From: Podarcis erhardii
Taxonomy: Eukaryota
DNA length: 64,000 nt
Direction: 5' to 3' (one strand)
Assembly: GCA_964252035.1 (NCBI GenBank)
Contig: OZ176211.1
In this document: positions 11,619 through 24,500 of the stretch, one piece after another
Position numbering within the stretch: the stretch's first letter is position 1
Layout of the letters: every line of letters starts with the position of its first letter
Notes under the pieces: generated by a model
What the model saw: only the letters and a program-made list of their open reading frames with translations
Told to the model about the DNA's origin: nothing
The model's database searches: none
Translations under genes and position numbers: made by a program

Positions 11619-13890
11619 GTAGGACATCCCGTGTCTATTCTGTTAATGAACTGACTATTGGACTCTTAAGAGGTTTTCTCCTATTCTTATTCATTCATTA
11701 TTTATTTTTGTATTGGTTTGATTCTGTTTCAAGAAAGCAGTGAAACTAAACCACGTGTCAGGCTTCCCAGAAAGTGACTATCCACCTATAAAACAAGTTC
11801 ATGTGCTGAAGTAAAATTGGGTGAATTCTACCATTTAGGAAGGCTGTTCTTTCTGCTCTTTCTCTTCTCCTCAGGTATCCAATTTTCCAATACTTGATAG
11901 CATGTAAAATCAATTTCTGATGTCCACAGTAGTTACATAGGTTCACTCATATAATGTTGCTTGAGTAGACCAGTTTTTGGAGATGAAATTACATGTCGTA
12001 AAAAAGCTAGTTCAGAGGATTTTACTTAGTAAATCTATCCACATAGATTTCAGAATTCTGATGAAAGGTAATCTTGGCAATGACTTCTGGCTGCTATAAT
12101 CTTCTCACTTAGCCAGACTCTTAGCTTTCAAAGTATAATAAAAGAATTCACTGAAATAATGAAACTTCAATCTATAGATTTAGGGCTAAAATGCGCAAGT
12201 AAATGTGCTAAAACAAATTGAGCACCAAAGGAATTGTTGAGTAAGTAGAGTCTTAGGAAGAAGGAAGAGCAACATTAAATAACTCTAGTACTATCCTAAA
12301 CCCTTGCTTTCTGGGGACTCCCATTTGTGGAGTCTGTGGGGGGATGAGAGGTTGACAGGAACAGATCTGCAGCTCAGCCACAAAAGTATTTTTGAATCAT
12401 TTGAGAAGTTTCCTGCGAGGACCATTTGGATGCTGGTGGAAGGTATCCGTAAATCTATACATTTTAGTGGCCAACTATCAAACTTTGGTTTTATAAACTG
12501 GAGTGGATTGACTGGATAGGTCTCTGTTGGAAGTGAGGGTTTGGGTTGCGCACAGGGACTTTTGTGTGCAAGCCGTCTCACCTACACTCAAGCTTGTCTG
12601 GATAGAACTGAATAGGAACTGACCTTTCTACTCCATCCTTAACCTCTTTCTACTACTGTTAAGTGTCTGGAGCTATTAAACAACAACAACAACAACAACC
12701 CTGAAGCCACTCAAATGCAGTTACTGTCCTGTCCTCTCCCTTCGCTAGAGGTTGTATCATCCTCCTCATTCTAGCTCTGTCTGATGTTGGAGTTCCTTGT
12801 ACACGGAAAGCTGGAATTGGCAATTGCTGCCTATCATCCTTTAGGCTTGTGGTTTGGCTTCCTTACATTTCCTTGTTTCTCTCCAGGACTATAATTGAAA
12901 AGTTCCTCACTTAAAATTCTTACCTTTGAGAGACTGGAAAACAGGCCTTTACACTGTTGGCCTTCATTCTTTGTGCTTAGTTAGAGTTGTAGCTGTTAAA
13001 GCTGCAATATTGGATGGATTCAACAGGTTATTTTTCAAGGCAGAAAACTATTTTAAATGTGTGTGGTGTTTTCTGTGTGCAAATTAATGTTAAAAAGAGC
13101 AATGCAACTAAACACCCGTTGCCAAATGCACAGATAAAATCTTTACCCCTTCCAGTGATTATATGCCCCGGCTTAGTCTATTCTACCCTATTGTCCAGTT
13201 AACAAAATAAATAGAGCTTATTTAATTTTTTTAAGTGTTTAATGCCCTTGCCCTCCTCTCTCTCCCCCTCTCTCAACATTGAGCTCAGCCTTCCAGTTTC
13301 AAAAAAGCAAACACCAAACTTTTGGAGAAATTTCCCTCTGTAGATCCTTTCCCCAATTTTGTTGAGAACATTTCTCATCTGCGGCCTTAATGTGTATTAA
13401 AATAGAATATATTTCAGATAAAATCTTTGTGACTTGATACAGAGCACACACTAAATTTTATATCCCATTTCATGGCTTGACCATCATGTGTTTATGATAT
13501 TCTTTAACTGCTTGCAGTCTGCAAAAAGCCAACATTCCCTTCTTCCTTTAAGTTGTGCAGTTTTCCTGCTCTTCTCTTCCTTTCCATTAATGAAAATGTT
13601 AAAAAGCAAACACAAATCCCAGCTACAAATCCTTGCCCCATTATTTCCACTGTAAGGCCAGAACACTAAATTACAAAAACTAATAGAAAGCTCAATAATG
13701 ATTATATTTACAAAATGACTTCTGAAAGCAGTATCTGTTATGTTCTGTACAGCATGATAACACTTATTTCTTGTTGTAATTTCTGCTATTGTTTCATACT
13801 GTTTTAAATATTCTTCTACACTGGTTTATGGGTGTAACTAATTGCTACATTCTGCTGGTTTGATTACAATCACTGTGTGCAATTTTACAG

Positions 13891-13917
13891 TTCTGGTACC
13901 AGTACCGGAAGATGAAG
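13891..13917 (+). CDS. Candidate 27-nt exon (FWYQYRKMK or LVPVPEDE)
   Basis: caattttacAG ... AAG|GTATTT; frame-preserving length. Confidence 0.3.
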
Positions 13918-14748
13918 GTATTTCTTTCTAGTATTGAGTGGAGAATACAAATAGCGTTGTACTGCCCAAACTTGATTTTACTGTGCGGTTCTGAATATAA
14001 ATTACGTATCACAAAAAACCCTCTATAGAAGTGATTGGAAATTGGAAGACTTAATTTTTTGGTGTCTACACTTTCTCCCCCAACATGCAAATACACACAC
14101 TACTCATGAACATTATTCTCATAGCACATTGATAATCACAGAATTCACATGTGCTTTCTTGACAATTCACTGCTGCTATGAATCCCTTTCCTAGCTGAAC
14201 CTGTCAACAGCCCCATAGCATGTCAACAGCCCCATAACTTAGAAACCAAGCTTTTCTATAAAAAACCAAAAAACATAATATTCCATAATATCTAAGCAAC
14301 TGAGCTAATAGCTAACAAGGACCTTTAGCATTCATATTATTATTACTAGGGCCTGTGCCCCTGCTTCCTTTGTTCACTAACACCCACATTTCTGTAGACC
14401 TCGCTAAACACCCTACCCCCTCCCGTAGACCTTGCTGTGGGACAATTTGTGGTTCACTTGTGGTTTGCTAAATAAACCACAGCTTGGGGTTATATGCAAA
14501 CTTGACCTTGTCTGTCCTCTTTATCTCTCTCCTTTAACCCGTAGGAGACTGGCACCTAGCATGATCTGTTAAAATCTGAATATACATTATATGGTTAGAA
14601 GTCCCCACTGGCCTCTTTACTTCCTTGGTCCAAAATGATTATAACCTACCTAGATTAGCCTGTGATAAATTGATAAGAATAAATGTTCTGCCTTGTCAGC
14701 TGCACAGTAATAAAAATTATGATATTAACTTGACAAGGTTTGTCGTCA

Positions 14749-14845
14749 ACTAACTTTTACTCAGGAGTAGACCCATTGAAATTAATAGGCCAAAGTTACT
14801 CATGGCCATTAATTTCAATGGGTCTACTCCTGAGTAAAAGTTAGT
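14749..14845. repeat. Perfect 38-bp inverted repeat (foldback/MITE-like hairpin)
   Basis: Arms 14749-14786 and 14808-14845 are exact reverse complements. Confidence 0.9.
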
Positions 14846-16394
14846 AAAAAAAGTTAGTAAAAGTTATTTACAATAGACAGAATATTAAGCTCTATATAGG
14901 GTTTAACCAGTCACATCAACCATAATCCAGTGACATGGTGTTCTTTATATTAAAATATACCTCTACTGGGTTCTATATTTCATTAAAAAGTTTAAATGCA
15001 TCTGGAGATTTACGGTTTAACGAATTAAAGAGAATCCCATAATTTTTCCAGCCATTCTAGTTTCAAATATATATCTTAACATTTCCAATGGTGAGCATAA
15101 ACCAGTCTGGCAATCAGTAGAGTATTCTATACCACATTAATTTCCATGTTTCTACTCTGAGCAAAATTTAGCACAAATATTATCTGCTCTGTTAATTGGA
15201 ATCAGCATTTTAAAGGACAGTTGTTTCCACTCAACATTAGTTTCTCAGCCATCCTGGAAATGTTTATTTGGAGGGCTGGGTATAAATATATTGACTTACT
15301 ATATAACAAGTATTTCTGCCTTTATACATCAACACTATTTCTATCACTGCTGTATCTTCTATTCATGCATTATGGTACAGTAAGGAAGATGGGACTAAAA
15401 TTGAGCCATGAAGGGCTAGCCACTAACCGTAGATGGATTTCCTGCCCTTTCGACTTGCAGCTTTTAACTCATCTCTCTGCCTGTAATGAATGAAATTGCA
15501 GCTTGGTTTGGTTTAGTTTGGTTTTCTTAGTCATGTACCTCTTCCTAAAAAATCAGTTTCCCTCTTCCCCCATTTAGAATGCTGTTGTGTTCTTTTTAAA
15601 TGATAAAAAGCAACTCGAAATTGTGTTACAGCAATCATTTAAATAAAAAATGTATGAGAAAGCAAGAAAAAACAATATTGCCTTGCAAGTTAATTTATTA
15701 GTATGCATGTTTAAGCTGAGGTAGCTGAATTGGAAGACTTCTAGTTTAAATATGAATTACTTCTGTTAAAACATTTTCACAAATCCGGGGCATTTGTCTT
15801 TATTTAACCTTTTCACAGTCTCTGCCTTTCTTTAAAGTACACTTAGTCCAATTTCTTCTATTACTCAAGGAGGTATTTAATACATGACTTAGTGTCATTT
15901 GCATTATACAAGAAGATTAACTTTACAAGCTGCGCTATTAATCTGAGTAGCTCTACATATTGACCTATGAAAGAGCATAATTGTTAGCTTAATTAAGTTA
16001 ATTAATTGTCACACTCTGATGAACTTAGTATTGAGAGGAAATTAAAGGCAAATAGAAATTGGCATTCATTGGTTAGAAATCATATTTCATGGAATGTTAT
16101 AGTGCATTCTATTTAGATGACACAAACATCTATTGTATAGTTAAAGCTATGCAGGCAATTAAGAATGTTAAATGCTAATAATTTTGGAGTATTCTTTCTG
16201 ATTGATAATCTGTCAAGTTCTCCTGGATCAGATAAAGATATGCCTTGGAAAATGTATACTAGAATTGTCTGATTTCTCATGTGTGGTCTGATAATGAGAG
16301 AACTTGGAATGAAAACACAACCATTCTTGTTTTCCTTACTGTCCCACAAGAATTTAAGTGAGCCCTTCAGCACACAATGAATGACTTAACCGGT

Positions 16395-16397
<3 letters not shown>

Positions 16398-16465
<68 letters not shown>
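16398..16465. repeat. (AT)n(GT)n compound microsatellite
   Basis: Direct reading. Confidence 0.98.
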
Positions 16466-16474
<9 letters not shown>

Positions 16475-16752
16475 AGAGAAAGGCTCATAACCCATCCATA
16501 GCCTAGGAGTATTCGTCTACATTTACTTTTCTGTGGGCTGCTTGTAAAATTACTGTTATTGTTGCTGCTAAAAACCCCCGCAAACCATCTGGAGACATTG
16601 TGGGGTTTAAAAAATTATGCATGGGGAAAAGAATGGATAGTGTTACTCTCTCATAATACTAGAATTCAGGATTATGTAATGAAACTAACAAGCAGAAGTT
16701 TAAGAGCCTCTCCCACACCTGAAAGATCATTATTATCAGGAAGCTTGTAATC

Positions 16753-17004
16753 AAATTACGAAATTCATTCCCACGAGAAGTGATGATGGCCACTAGGTTA
16801 GATGTCTTGAAAGAAGGGGATTAGACAATTCATGGAGGACAGGTCTATACATGGCTACTACTGAAGATGGCTGCATCAAACCTTCAGGATCAATAGAATT
16901 TTGTCTCTGAACAGCAATTACTGGGGGCAACAATGGGAGAGTTATCTCGTGCTCTGCATTTGGGCTTCCAGGAAGCATCTGCTTGGCCACTGTGGGTAAC
17001 AAGA
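16753..17004 (+). mobile_element. CR1 LINE 3' end, degraded
   Basis: gtgatgatggccact...ttagacaattcatggagga...gcatctgcttggccactgtg matches the CR1 copy at 49071-49719. Confidence 0.75.
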
Positions 17005-17168
17005 TTTGGTTCTCGAGTACGAAATGTAAACATGATGTAACTCCTGGTGCTGAAAAGGACCCAAAAACCCCTCCCCTTAGTTGGTTCCTCTCTAGCAAGT
17101 CAGGGGAATCAGCATCCAGAGATCAATTTATGCAATCCAGTATGCCATACAGAAAGATCTTTGCACAG

Positions 17169-17190
17169 TAGATAAATCTGGTTGGTACAA
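17169..17190 (+). CDS. Candidate 22-nt exon (xDKSGWY)
   Basis: ctttgcacAG ... ACAA|GTAAGT; only one frame is open. Confidence 0.25.
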
Positions 17191-17419
17191 GTAAGTGAGC
17201 CAAGGAACATGCCACAAACCAAACAGGAAGTCAAAAAGTCCTTCCACTGGCCACACCTGAGGAAAGATGAATGAAAATCACAAGAGTTGTTTTAAAAATA
17301 TTTTATTGAAATTTTTCAGTGGACAAACAAGGGAAAGAAATGAAATCCAAAAAAGCAAAAAGAAGAAGTTGCTTGAAAATGTATTACAATACAATATGTA
17401 GGTATGTAAGTAGGTCTTC

Positions 17420-17520
17420 CACATCACCTTCTAACCTGTCCTTTTACCTGGAGTTGCCAGGGATTGAGTTTAAGAGCTTATTCATGTAAAACATGACACT
17501 CTCCCACTGAGCTATGATTG
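17420..17520 (-). mobile_element. tRNA-derived SINE 5' fragment
   Basis: Minus strand reads tcatagctcagtgggagagtg...tcaatccctggcaactccaggta. Confidence 0.5.
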
Positions 17521-18460
17521 TACCATAACACTTCCAAGAAAACTATTCCAGAGCATTCTTGATAATAAATAAAGTTTGCTAACGCCCAGTAATGTCTAGA
17601 CGTTAGTTCTGGTACACAGAGTGATATCTTTCTTCTCTGTAATGGCATTGTGTCCTATGTCACTTGTTCAACATGTGCATTAAATAACTCAATTCCTGTG
17701 CTTTTTAGAGTTTCATTATGCTAATACTATCATTCTAGTATTATGAAATTATTGCTGTTTTGTTCAGTAATCTTTGGTATCTTCCAATTAAAAATGGCCA
17801 AATCTGTTATGCCCTTTGTTATTCTGACAATGGCATAGGTAACAATTACTCATCATCCCATAATGAATCATTTTTATCAGAGTCTTGTGTCTCTTCTATA
17901 TATATAGAATAAATATTTATGTTTTCTCATTTTTCTGAAGTAGAAGATACAGACAAAATAGGTTTGAAGTGTCAGCTATAATTCATTGCTCTCAAGGAAC
18001 GGTCTTATTCTGATACTGCATGGAAAGAAAAAAAACCTATCTAAATCATTTCACTGGCAAAGCTTATAACCAAGATAGCATCAGCATTTTCCTCCTTGAA
18101 AATATATCTGCCATAAATTAAATCTTCAGTATTAAAATGTCTGTGACAAGTTTAACCCCACCATTGCCATATATGTGTTTAGTAGCAAGGAATTTATGTA
18201 TAGCTTTAAAAGAAAGGACAAATGAAAGTTAAAATGGATCTGTAGTGGGATTTTCAGTTGCTCTGTTAAAATAATACACCGAATCCTGCTAGAAATTGAA
18301 TAAATAAAGTGTTAATCCCTTTTCCAGGCAGGTTGAAATTATAAGGTGTATGTGAGTACAGTTATGTGGGCACCAACATCCCTAGACTTGGTGTATCTTT
18401 CATTTTTTGTTGGGGTTTTTTAATGAAATGTCAGTGCTCAGGTTTAATTAGAAACTATGG

Positions 18461-19066
18461 CATAGCTGTCAAGTGTCCCTTATTTGAAGGGACAGTCCCT
18501 TATTCCAGCGCCATGTCCCGCTGCTGTCCCTTATTGATAGATGTCCCTTAAATGTCCCTTAAATGATGCCCCTTAAATTTCAAAGGAAGCAGCTCCTCTC
18601 CCTCCCTCCCTGCCGGCCAGGGAGGAGGGAGGCTCCAACTGTGTTGCTTGGCTGCGTTGCTCACCCAATAAGAAGTCTAAGAACGACTGGCGGGTGGAGC
18701 TTGCATGCCTTGTGTGTGGCTAGTTAATGCAAGCTGAGGGGTTTTTTGAATGCTGGACGCCATTTTGTTGCACGTGCTGCTGCAAACTTTGCAGTGCAAA
18801 GCCAGGCCAGGGAGCCATCTTAAGTTGAGGCTGCATAGGCCTTGTGGTGCATGTGATTCAGATTCTATTCAGTTGAACCTCTGGTTACAAAGTTGGTTGG
18901 ACAGTGTTCTCGAGGCTACCAACATGAGTTTGACCAGACTGCAGGAGGACAGGAAGACTGGAGTACCTGGAACAGGTGAGGCTGCAGGTCCCTTATTTTG
19001 GCTGCTGGTCCCTTATTTTCAAGGCTGCTGGTCCCTTATTTTCAAATCTGTAAGTTGACAGCTATG
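18461..19066. mobile_element. Non-autonomous hAT element (606 bp)
   Basis: Perfect 12-bp TIRs catagctgtcaa; perfect TSD aactatgg (18453-18460, 19067-19074); subterminal gtcccttatt repeats at both ends. Confidence 0.9.
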
Positions 19067-19514
19067 AACTATGGCTACATCCAATATTGTCAGCTCATTT
19101 GTAGAAAAGAGATCTATGCATAGGACAAGACTTCCCACTTCCTCTCCTGTCCCCTGCAGCCTTCGATGCCCCACAAGGTTGCAGATTTAGAGGATCAGAG
19201 GGGACTAAAGGAAGGAGTTGAAGGTAAAGTCCTGCCATGCATGTGGAAGTCCACTCCCGTCTCCATGGGTATCACCCTGAGTCGTACCTCTTCAATGGTG
19301 AGAGAAAGTTATGGCACGCTGCAGAGATGCAGACAGACTGCCCTCTTCACTTAACCAGCAGCTCTAACCAAGACATTTTATGGGAGGATTAGACTTCTGG
19401 GCACAAAATGGTGGGCTCTGGTTGCAATTATGCTTTAAACTAAAGCTACTTCTGTTGCGGTTCTTGCAGGCTGCTTTATCATTACTGTTTTATTTTACTT
19501 TACCTGGATCATGT

Positions 19515-19875
19515 TAGGGTGGCTCTGTGGGTTAAACCATAGAACCTAGGATTTGCCGATCAGAAGGTCAGCGGTTCGAATCCCTGCAACGGGGTGAGCT
19601 CCCATTGCTCGGTCCCTGCTCCTGCCAACCTAGCAGTTCGAAAGCACGTCAAGTGCAAGTAGATAAATAGGTACCGCTCCGGTGGGTAGGTAAATTGTGT
19701 TTCCGTGCGCTGCTGTGGTGTGCCAGAAGCGGCTTAGTCATGCTGGCCACATGACCCGGAAGCTGTACGCCGGCTCCCTTGGCCAATAAAGCGAGATGAG
19801 CGCCGCAACCCCACAGTCGGCCACGACTGGACCTAATGGTCAGGGGTCCCTTTACCTTTACCTTTACCTTTACCT
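19515..19875 (+). mobile_element. Sauria SINE, near full length
   Basis: tRNA-like head with B-box ggttcgaatccc; (TTTACC)n tail; flanking duplication tttacctg(g/a)atcatgt. Confidence 0.95.
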
Positions 19876-20112
19876 GAATCATGTCTTCCAAGGGAATGAG
19901 GGTGTACGTTCTGATATTATTCATTCATTTTATTCTGTTTTCTTTATCTCAGTGCCTGGCATCAAAAGAGCTTATTCACGTGCACCCAAGGATTAGATGT
20001 TACCCGACCAGTTAATTGTAATAATGATATGGAGTGGTATTAATTAATCCATAGTCAGTGTAGGCAGTGTCAGTCGGTGGCCTCTGATAAGGCTATACCA
20101 TTTTTTCTTCAG

Positions 20113-20169
20113 GAACTGGGTTGGCCTTTCAAGGTTCATGATTTATCACCTTTCTCACCCTCTGCTTTC
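20113..20169 (+). CDS. Candidate internal exon (ELGWPFKVHDLSPFSPSAF or NWVGLSRFMIYHLSHPLL)
   Basis: cattttttcttcAG ... TTC|GTAAGA; 57 nt; two open frames. Confidence 0.45.
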
Positions 20170-21269
20170 GTAAGACGTTGACTGTTCATTTAATGAAATT
20201 TTGCCTGCCAATAATATATCTCGGCACCCTTTCAGCCTTACTCATCACAAGCATCATTCCCGCTCTTAGTGAAATTTACCAATGTAATTAATATCCTCAG
20301 GCTGCCTGTGATCTGTGTTTGCCTAAGAAGGTAGTACTATCTTAATTAGCTTCTACAATATTAGGTGATATTTTAGCTTGACAAAAATATTTGAGAAATA
20401 AGTATTTTTAAAAATTAAAAAATTCTGCTACTTTCTTTAGGTAGCTTTCACAATGTATCTGCTTTGGAAAATACACAACACTTTGAAATATTGCCCATCT
20501 ACAAGCATTGTTTGGTATTGAAGTAACCAGCAGCGATCCAAATGCAATGGTACCAGTCTTACTGTAGCATTAAAAAAGAAGAAGTTTTGTGTCTATGGTG
20601 TCAAGAATAATATAACTGATCATGTGGCAGTTTCTGTTTTCAAACTGCATTATCATTTCAGTAATGATAAGAATACTATTAATGTGATGCAGAAAAATTA
20701 ATTACTATGATAAGGCAATGAAACTTGTTTAATAGAGCATAATCAGTAGCTAAAGTTTTCAGCATACATTTTTATTTCTTCTTAGAATAAAAGAGGGCTG
20801 TGTCACTCTCTGTTTAATAGTGAATAATTCCATTTTAAGGCTATATATGAGTGAAAGAGTAGTGGAACACCATTTATTGTTGAGGGAAAAGAGTTCTACC
20901 TCTTCAGATCTCTATTGGTTTGCCTGGCTTTGCAAGGGATGTTCTGAGCTACTTTTGCTTCTGTGAAATGAGTGTCTTGTGATTCTCACGGCAGTTCTTT
21001 AGATTTCCAGATGTACTCCCCAAAAGTCTCAAGTCACCCATGTCTATATCACGGCAAAGTATCATCAATAAGAAGTGTTCCCATTAATATTGGGGAGTAT
21101 TGTAACCTAAGTGAATCCAATAAATTGGCTGTTCTGTGCAGAACACTATAATAATTATTGTTAACAGATAACATTTAAAACTAAACTAAAATCCTGAGAA
21201 GTAGATACTTACTGTAAAGACTCATTTATCCAGCTAGGAAAACTTGTTGGAGCGAATATGTCTTTAGTT

Positions 21270-21560
21270 CAGTGCAGATAGTGGGCACATGCATATCTCA
21301 ATGGGAGTGCTATTCCACAGAACAGGGGCAGCCACACTAAAAGCCCTGTTGTGAGTTATTGCAGAGTGGGCTTCTTTAGAACTTGCCAGCCCACAGTAAT
21401 AAAAAGCAATCCTAGTCATCAAGGGTACCTGCACCTCCAGTGACAGAACTGGATCCAGTTTCACCTCAAACTTCACACTTTGCTACTTCAGGGAGAGTGA
21501 AACCACATCCAGGACAGGCGACTTACTGACCTACCAGATCTGGGGATATTTTGCAACTTG
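21270..21560 (-). mobile_element. L2 LINE fragments (internally deleted)
   Basis: Minus-strand translation KLDPVLSLEVQV and RAFSVAAPVLWNS, typical of L2 ORF2. Confidence 0.7.
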
Positions 21561-24500
21561 GGGGCGGCATAGTCAATAAATACAGTCGGGTCCAAGGTGT
21601 TTTGTTTTTTGGGAGTGGCTGCACTATTGCCTCTTTCAAGGCAGCCAAAGCTTCATTCATTCACCGCACCCTGAACCCACCCAATAATGAAAGGTAGTCC
21701 TTTGGAAATAGGAATGAAATAGGAATGAAAAGTCATTTCAAATTATTACTATTCTGATGTGGCCCAACCTTCTCATTCATCCATGATTATTGTCACTTCT
21801 TTGGAAGCACCCCATAAGAATATTGTTCCCCACATGTATACCTTACATGTCAGAGAGCATACACCTGCCTTTGTATCTATGAACTTGGCACACAAAGTGC
21901 ATTTCTGGCACAGGGCCGCTTTCAAACAAGCATACATTCCACTTTAAACCTCTGGCAACACCCGTGCTATTTTCTAGAAAAAGAGGTACCTCCTTTGCTT
22001 TCTTATAATGGCACTGCCCCCTAACTAAGAGGTGCAGAAATTGAGTTCCTGTGAGTTCCTGCTGAAAAAAAGCCCTGGAATGCTGTAAAATTAGAGAGCT
22101 GTGGCATGTTACCTGTACTATTATTTTAATTGACCCTAAGATTCATCTTTGTTCTATAGACAGGCGCTCAATAGAATAATAGTTCTACCTGCTGATAGTT
22201 AAAGCTTATAATTATACCATGATACAAACAGTTTAAACAACTCTGCATCAACAGATTTAATATAAAATCATTTAGACTCTTGAAATTATGTACACTTCAA
22301 ACCTTGAGTCAAAAGCAATTAATGTGTCTCCTTAGTGATACCACCTACGCTTATATAACGAACAGTAAAAGACCATCAAGTTCCACAACAGAGAGGACAA
22401 CTTAAACAAACACTAAGCAGCCAAGTTGCTGTATTGCTGTTGCTGTTCCTAATCAGACTTTTGTATTCACTTTGTGTGCTTAATAATTACTCATGGCACT
22501 TAAAGACCTATACTGGCAGTAGGAGCTATACTGCTTTGATTCCTTATAATACTGGGCACGTTGTAAAGAAAACATTGACACGTCTTTGCAGCATCGTGTA
22601 ATGTATTAATGAATAAGGCAGAGAGATACAAAACGCCTATCTTGCTTGTCTAAATTCCATTTCTTTCAACTTTCCATTTTTTCTTCTAATTTGTTTAATT
22701 TGCAATAAAGTGCTGTCATTTGATTTGTTAAAACCTCCCTCCAAAAGCACATGTGAATGCAAAGTGATAAGAACCCATTACAGATTAAGACCAAGTAAAA
22801 AATAATGCATGCATTTAACCATAGCGTTCACCCTTCACTCAAAGGTTAGGATGGGTCATGAATTAACACTTTGGATTTGAATCTCACTTATAATATATCA
22901 AGCAACAGCTAGGTGGAAACTTCAACTGGTTCAAAAGGCAAAAGCAATAATGTTAACTGGAATATTTGAGTCAATAGTCAATTAGTTGTCTATATCCTGT
23001 GAATATGTTGTGCTCTTACTGTGTTTTATTATGGCTTTTAATAGTACAATAGTCAAATATTATACTAGTAAACAACCTTGTAGATTGTATGGATGAAAAA
23101 GTAAACATAACATGTCAGAATGCCAAGAGTTTGCAAACTTAAGTGCATTCAATAGTCTCAGTGAAGCTAATAAAATCTCGAGTTTATTTTCTTTTGGGTC
23201 CAACACATACCTGGAAAGCGCTTTGAAATAGTTGATATTACATCTGTTGTGAAAAGTGAGCGTTTTTAGTGCTATAGGTATAATATACTTGTTCTGTCAT
23301 GGAAGTGCATAATTCTAGTAACAGCGAAATTGTATTTACCTCTGGATCCTTATTTAGATTTGGTATCATCAAGTCACATCAAACTGCATACATAACCACC
23401 CAATCATTTAATTTGTGTTATTAAATATATTGTTTGTATCCGCATGTAGTTACTGAAAACTGTACAAAAGCATCAGTAAATAGCAGTCTTAATTGTAGTG
23501 GCTGCAAGCTAGAGAACATTATGTGTAGCCAAGTCTCACTGGCTGTCATGGAAAGCCAAGAACGGCGTACGCAAGCCATTGAATAGCTAACAGTGGGGAA
23601 GCACTGGCTGTGCTTAACATTGCTCGCTTGCTGGATCACAGCCAGTGTCTGTACTAGACCACTGCCTGCTCTTCGGCTTTGACGCTTCAGCAGGAGGTTT
23701 TTCAGTTAAATCAAAGATAGCACTTGGGTAGATTTTTCTGAAAGTTTGCAATTTGGAGATATATAACACTTACTTTTGTTTCTGAAAGTAGGTCTTCTAT
23801 TTCCACAAGTGATACCTGCAAAGCCTGTAATCATTTCATGCACTCAAAATCCATAAAAATACAAACGCTGCAGTTGTTTCTTCCTTCCTGTCAAAATTAG
23901 ATCTTATGATTCATGAATATCTCTGTTCTTAGGGAAGCTTTCTAGCCTGCCATGTTACACAACCATGTGGGACATGACCACATGCATAAAACCACATATG
24001 GGAAAGTCACCCAGAATCCCAGGATGCTCTTTTTCTCTCTAGAGAGGGACCTGTGATTGTATCTTCCTTCTAGCGGCCTATCTCTTCTCTCAGCTAGTTG
24101 TGGTTGTACTTATTCAGTAGCGTTAGAATCCTGAGCTTGCACTGTAGAACTAAAGATGCTTGTTTAGACTAGAAACCCCATTCTGATGTCAACTGTTGGC
24201 AACCTACAATTTTGCAAAGCTCTCTGTTCTCTTTGGAAAGCAAGTGGACATTGCTTTTGATCCACATTTTCTTCTTCTTCTAAACTCCATGTAAGGTTTT
24301 TTGGAATGCTTCATTGCTGAGGCAGGGGAGCTGGAGAAAGAATGCAATGCCATGATTAAAGTGAAGTTCATTTTGATATTACAAGGTCATTATATAAAAC
24401 TGTAGATCATAAGCCAGCTAATCACATCAGTGTAAAGTACCTTTTAAAAATGGCAGCTGTTTGTTACACAGCAACCTACAAAATTCTACTTGAAGTTGTG

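Noticed and set aside
12291-12581. Protein-like ORFs on both strands, considered as an endogenous viral element
   Set aside because: No viral or RT motif recognised; cannot be supported without a search.
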